Position numbers and translations under genes: made by a program. The notes below the pieces were generated by a model that saw only the letters and a list, made by a program, of their open reading frames with translations, did no database searches and was not told the origin of the DNA. From the NCBI GenBank assembly GCA_046881885.1, contig JBKSMP010000005.1, positions 1 through 28,039 on the forward strand: a DNA stretch of 28,039 nt, given 5' to 3'. Shown in pieces: positions 24,636 to 28,039 of the stretch. The stretch comes from Opitutales bacterium (GTDB lineage Bacteria > Verrucomicrobiota > Verrucomicrobiia > Opitutales > UBA9783). Within the stretch, counting starts at the first letter, position 1; the number at the start of each line of letters is the position of its first letter.

Positions 24636-25662
24636 CGGCAGAAAAATAGGTGAAGCTTATTCACCTTACTTTATTGCGGAACTTTCAGCAAATCATCAAT
24701 TATGTATCGAACAAGCGCGTGCAATGATACGCGCCGCCAAAAAAAGTGGTGCGGATGCTGTAAAATTACAAACCTATACAGCGGATACGGTAACTTTACC
24801 GGTTCGAAATGAGCAATTTAGCACACAAGGACCTTGGAAAAATGCTTATTTATATGATTTATACAAAGCGAGTTATACGCCTTGGGAATGGCATGAAGAA
24901 TTAGCAGAATTTGCACAAAAAATAAAAATTACTCTATTTAGTTCGCCATTTGATGAATCTGCGGTCGACTTTTTAGAAAAAACAATTCATCCACCTGCTT
25001 ACAAAATTGCTTCGTTTGAAATGAATCATATCCCTTTGTTGAAAAAAGTTGCAGAAACAGGGAAACCGATTTTGTTAAGCACGGGATTAGCAACGAAGGA
25101 AGAAATCGAAGAAGCTGTTCAAACTTTACGTGATAATGGGTGCAAGGAATTACTTTTGTTGAAGTGTATTGGAGCTCATTCCGATGATTTAACGGGCTGT
25201 AATCTAAAGTGTTTAGACTATTTAAAAACCTTTGATTGTCCTGTAGGAATCTCGGATCATTCGGTCTTGCATTCAGTTGTAATGGGAGGCATAGCTATGG
25301 GTGCATCCCTTATAGAAAAACATTTTATTTTATCGCGTAGTAGCGATGCGGCTGATGGCGATTTTTCGCTTGATCCAAAAGAATTTGCCCAGATGGTGAA
25401 AGAAGGTCGTCGTCTTTTTCAGGGCTTAGGAAATGATCAACTAATTATTACGAAAAAAGAAGAAAGTCTTAGAAAGTTTCGTCGTTCTATTTATGTTTCT
25501 AAGCCAATAAAGAAGGGAGAATGTTTTTCATCTGAAAATGTAAAAGTTATTCGACCGCACTTTGGTTTACATCCGCGGTATTGGGGGCAAATTTTCGGAA
25601 AAACCGCTAAAAAAGACCTGAATTTTGGCCATCCATTGAGTTTAGACGATATCGCAGATTAA
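24607..25662 (+). CDS. pseI: pseudaminic acid synthase PseI (NeuB family)
   Basis: FIAELSANH, GADAVKLQTYTADTVTL, PWEWH, FSSPFDESAVDFLE, AYKIASFE, STGLATKEEIEEAV, LLKC, ISDHS and IEKHF are present. The C-terminal SAF domain shows IKKGECFSSENVKVIRPHFGLHP. Collinear with PseI as I recall it. Confidence 0.88.
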   Translation: MTQKTCITIDGRKIGEAYSPYFIAELSANHQLCIEQARAMIRAAKKSGADAVKLQTYTADTVTLPVRNEQFSTQGPWKNAYLYDLYKASYTPWEWHEELAEFAQKIKITLFSSPFDESAVDFLEKTIHPPAYKIASFEMNHIPLLKKVAETGKPILLSTGLATKEEIEEAVQTLRDNGCKELLLLKCIGAHSDDLTGCNLKCLDYLKTFDCPVGISDHSVLHSVVMGGIAMGASLIEKHFILSRSSDAADGDFSLDPKEFAQMVKEGRRLFQGLGNDQLIITKKEESLRKFRRSIYVSKPIKKGECFSSENVKVIRPHFGLHPRYWGQIFGKTAKKDLNFGHPLSLDDIAD

Positions 25663-25698
25663 ATCATTTTATACCTGTAGGTAGAAGTAGAAAATGTA

Positions 25699-26127
25699 AA
25701 GCGCAAATATTTTCTAAAAGATGAAGTTAAGTTTTTGACGGTAATTGGTGAGATACGCTAAGGAGTAAGTAACCTTGTTTTTAGGGAAAATATTGCCGCA
25801 AGAGGTGGTTGGTATTTTGTTAGTACTATACGTCTCCAAGAGCAATGCTTCTGGGCTAATTTTTACAATGTTTGCAATTATCATGCACCTCTGCTATTGT
25901 TTTATTTAAACTTCTGTTTTGTGTTAAATCCTCGATGGTTCTATGTTTTTCTTCAGAGATGCGTTTGTACTGTACCCTTTATGGTTGAAGTTTTAATGAT
26001 CCAGTAATCTAATGTGGTTTTGATGCTGGTGATGGATGACAAGCGGGCAATCTTCGTGTTTTAATTCTGAAAATCAATTTGGGCTTTCTCCTTAATCTTG
26101 ACAAAAAACCTTCGAATATGTTGTCAT
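25699..26127 (-). pseudogene. possible decayed N-terminal (HTH) third of an IS630/Tc1-mariner-type transposase
   Basis: Minus-strand pieces in shifting frames read MTTYSKVF / VKIKEKAQIDFQN*NTKIARLSSITSIKTTLDYWIIKTSTIKGTVQTHL / SEEKHRTIEDLTQNRSLNKTIAEVHDNCKHCK / ISPEALLLETYSTNKIPTTSCGNIFPKNKVTYSLAYLTNYRQKLNFIF. The spacing recalls the M-x-YS-x-x-F..K..; IA..x..S..T(I/L)..W(I/L).K....G pattern of IS630 N-termini. There are at least 3 frameshifts and 1 in-frame stop, and no DDE part. Confidence 0.3.
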
Positions 26128-26137
26128 AGATGGACTT

Positions 26138-26971
26138 ATGCAAGAGGGTTTGTTTTTTACGGAAAAGGATAATTTTTTAGAAATTATTAAGCAGCATTTG
26201 CCGAATGTTAAGGAGGATTCGGTTACGTTTATTAAGACGGGATGGACGAATTTTGTTATGTGTGCGTCGGATGGCGTCCAAGAGTATTTCTTCCGCTTCC
26301 CACGTAATCGGTTTTTTGCTCGGATGTTGCTCAAAGATAATGCTTTTTGTTCCTTTATGAAGGATAAGGTTTCGTTCGAGTTTCCGGATTTGAAGCTTTT
26401 TTATGATAAGGGCCGACCATTTAGCATGCACAAAAAGATCAAAGGTTGGTCTTTGACGGAGCGTTTTAAGCATTTGTCGCGCCAAGCTGTAACGAATTTG
26501 GCTTATGATGTTGCGAAATTTATTAACGAGCTCAACCAAGTCGATCCAAAGGCTTTGCCGGCTTCGTGCAATATGTATCTTTCGAAGTTTTTGGATGAAT
26601 TGTCAGAAGTAGATACAAACTCTTACGATCTTTCACAACACGATTTTTTGCGCCAATGTGAACAAACACCACATGTGGTTCACGGCGATCTCAATCCAGG
26701 CAATATCTTGCTCGATGAAAATGATCGCATGGTCGGTGTTATCGATTTCGCTTTTGCTGGCGTTTCCAATAACTATGTAGATCTTTCGCGCGTTATTGGG
26801 CGTACGCATCCTTCGTTTGCCGAACCTATGAAAGAAGCTTACGAAGCGGTCATGAAAGAAAAAGTGGATATGCAGCGCGTCGAAAATATGATTCATATGT
26901 GGAATTATGTTGAGGAGCAGTATATTTTGTATATTAAGGAAAATCACCCCGAAATCCAATTGCCTTCTTAA
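26138..26971 (+). CDS. APH/Mph-family phosphotransferase (antibiotic-kinase-like fold, substrate unknown)
   Basis: Catalytic loop HVVHGDLNPGNILLD and metal-binding VIDFAFAG are present. The N-terminal GWTNFVM..YFFRFPRN is typical of the phosphotransferase enzyme family. 277 aa. Confidence 0.8.
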   Translation: MQEGLFFTEKDNFLEIIKQHLPNVKEDSVTFIKTGWTNFVMCASDGVQEYFFRFPRNRFFARMLLKDNAFCSFMKDKVSFEFPDLKLFYDKGRPFSMHKKIKGWSLTERFKHLSRQAVTNLAYDVAKFINELNQVDPKALPASCNMYLSKFLDELSEVDTNSYDLSQHDFLRQCEQTPHVVHGDLNPGNILLDENDRMVGVIDFAFAGVSNNYVDLSRVIGRTHPSFAEPMKEAYEAVMKEKVDMQRVENMIHMWNYVEEQYILYIKENHPEIQLPS

Positions 26972-27879
26972 TGGCCACTATCGAGCTTACGATTGATCCT
27001 GAACACTCTGGCCAGCGTATTGATAAGGTTTTGGCTGATTATTTGAAAGGCCAGGCAAGTCGGTCCCATATTCAAAAAGCCATTACCGAAGGACGACTTC
27101 AGATCAATGGAGTTGTGGTGCTTAATGCTCGGCAGCAAGCGAATCTTGGGGATGTTTGTATCCTAGAATGGGTTCCTCCTAAGCCCCATTCTTTGCAAGC
27201 TTCGAAAGCGCCTATCCACATCCTTTTTGAAGATGAAGATTTGTTGGTCCTCGATAAGCCTGAGGGACAAATTGTTCATTTGGGGAATAGTGTTGAGCCT
27301 GGAACGACTCTTGTGGAAGCTGTTTTGTCGCATTGCTCTTTAAGTGCAGCAGCAGGATCAGAACGTCCAGGAGTTGTTCATCGCCTTGATCAAGCAACTT
27401 CGGGTGTTATCCTTTTCGCTAAAACCGATAGAGCTTATTGGGCCCTTACGAAGATGTTTGCTGAACGAAAAATCCATAAAACCTATTATGCGCTCGTTTG
27501 GGGGATTCCAAGGCTTTTGTCAGGAACGATTGAAGCTCCCATAGGACGTAGTACTCGCGATCGAACCGCTATGTGTGTTACTACTCAAGGACGGCCTTCT
27601 TGTACCCATTGGCAAGTGCTAAAAACTTTTCCACAGGCTAATCAAGCCTTGCTTGCTTGTAATCCTGTGACCGGCCGTACGCATCAAATTCGTGTGCATT
27701 TAAAGAGCATAGGGCATCCTATTGTTGGTGATCCGAAATACGGTAAAATTCCCGATCAACGTCTGTTTTTACATGCTTATCAAATTGAATTTATGCATCC
27801 TATTTCTCAAGAAAATTGTTGTTTTCAAGCTCCATTGCCGCTTTCTTTTGCGGAAAAATTAAGGCTACTTGAAAATTGA
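26971..27879 (+). CDS. rluD: RluA-family 23S rRNA pseudouridine synthase with S4 domain (RluD-type)
   Basis: N-terminal S4-like RIDKVLADYL..SRSHIQKAI, catalytic HRLDQATSGVILFAKT, and TGRTHQIRVHL. TAATG overlap with the upstream gene. Confidence 0.9.
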   Translation: MATIELTIDPEHSGQRIDKVLADYLKGQASRSHIQKAITEGRLQINGVVVLNARQQANLGDVCILEWVPPKPHSLQASKAPIHILFEDEDLLVLDKPEGQIVHLGNSVEPGTTLVEAVLSHCSLSAAAGSERPGVVHRLDQATSGVILFAKTDRAYWALTKMFAERKIHKTYYALVWGIPRLLSGTIEAPIGRSTRDRTAMCVTTQGRPSCTHWQVLKTFPQANQALLACNPVTGRTHQIRVHLKSIGHPIVGDPKYGKIPDQRLFLHAYQIEFMHPISQENCCFQAPLPLSFAEKLRLLEN

Positions 27880-28039
27880 TGGAATTTAAAAATGTTTTAT
27901 TAGACATCCTGCAAAAGTCGAAATGAAAATCGCCAGTAAATTCAGTATCTATGCGGTCTGAAGAGCGAAAAATAATATCAAAAAATTTTAGCCCCCTTGA
28001 AACGACCGCTTTTTTCATTATTCATGCGGCATACCAAAG

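Noticed and set aside
25868-25909. A hydrophobic mini-ORF, MFAIIMHLCYCFI, in the 475-nt gap, considered as a type I toxin or leader peptide.
   Set aside because: It has only 13 codons, no Shine-Dalgarno sequence and no adjacent antisense structure that I can see. The decayed-gene explanation for the gap fits better.
27879-27961. A chain of two mini-ORFs after rluD. MEFKNVLLDILQKSK (27879-27926) has a TGATG overlap with rluD. MKIASKFSIYAV (27923-27961) has an ATGA overlap with the first.
   Set aside because: At 15 and 12 codons with no Shine-Dalgarno sequence, such overlaps arise easily by chance in AT-rich sequence. There is no supporting evidence.
27800-28018. A 72-aa minus-strand ORF at the right edge. 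Both other minus frames coming from beyond the window stop just before its ATG (TGA 3 nt upstream, or a TAATG overlap), which hints at coupling to an unseen gene.
   Set aside because: It would overlap the 3' end of rluD convergently by 80 nt, and its sequence has no recognisable features. This cannot be resolved without the flanking sequence, so it is not called.
1-28039. A whole-window scan by eye for CRISPR arrays, tRNA/rRNA/tmRNA genes, integrases, toxin-antitoxin pairs and known defence-system genes.
   Set aside because: I noticed no regularly spaced direct repeats, no tRNA T-arm motifs such as GGTTCGAA in intergenic DNA, and no recombinase, nuclease or ATPase motifs of known defence families. 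Intergenic space other than 25663-26137 is too small to hide them.

Overview
This is a 28 kb chromosomal window from a low-GC diderm bacterium, as shown by a secretin, a TolC-like lipoprotein and an RND pump. I cannot fix the phylum from the sequence alone. The plus-strand block 1222-6467 is tightly packed: DUF502 membrane protein, short MscS-like channel, DHH/NrnA-like phosphoesterase, truB, a ribF-like gene and comEC. Converging on it is an 11.5 kb minus-strand block (18157-6636). It holds a NodT/TolC-like lipoprotein, MFP and RND pump, with mnmA overlapping the pump stop by 8 nt. After a 165-nt gap comes a translationally coupled five-gene operon that looks like a very divergent pilM-N-O-P-Q, of which only the secretin is confidently recognisable. 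The rest of the window holds an AT-rich orphan secreted-protein gene, NIF3-family, glmS, glgC, a TM+TPR-like protein, a stand-alone pseI, a 475-nt non-coding gap, an APH/Mph-family phosphotransferase and rluD. I found no rRNA, tRNA, CRISPR array or known defence system. No complete novel multi-gene system is demonstrable from sequence alone. The candidates most worth follow-up are: (1) the orphan secreted-protein gene at 18371-19831, bracketed by a 21-22 nt inverted repeat and carrying a WKEE tandem repeat; (2) a 300-aa ORF at 217-1119 that has only the C-lobe of a eukaryotic-like protein kinase; (3) the divergent secretin operon facing comEC, whose secretin has a Ser/Thr-rich insert and a roughly 105-aa basic tail; (4) a frameshifted IS630-like remnant in the gap beside the orphan pseI; (5) a dispersed AAAAATTTTCT-type motif at gene boundaries. 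All family calls come from motifs read by eye, with no database search.
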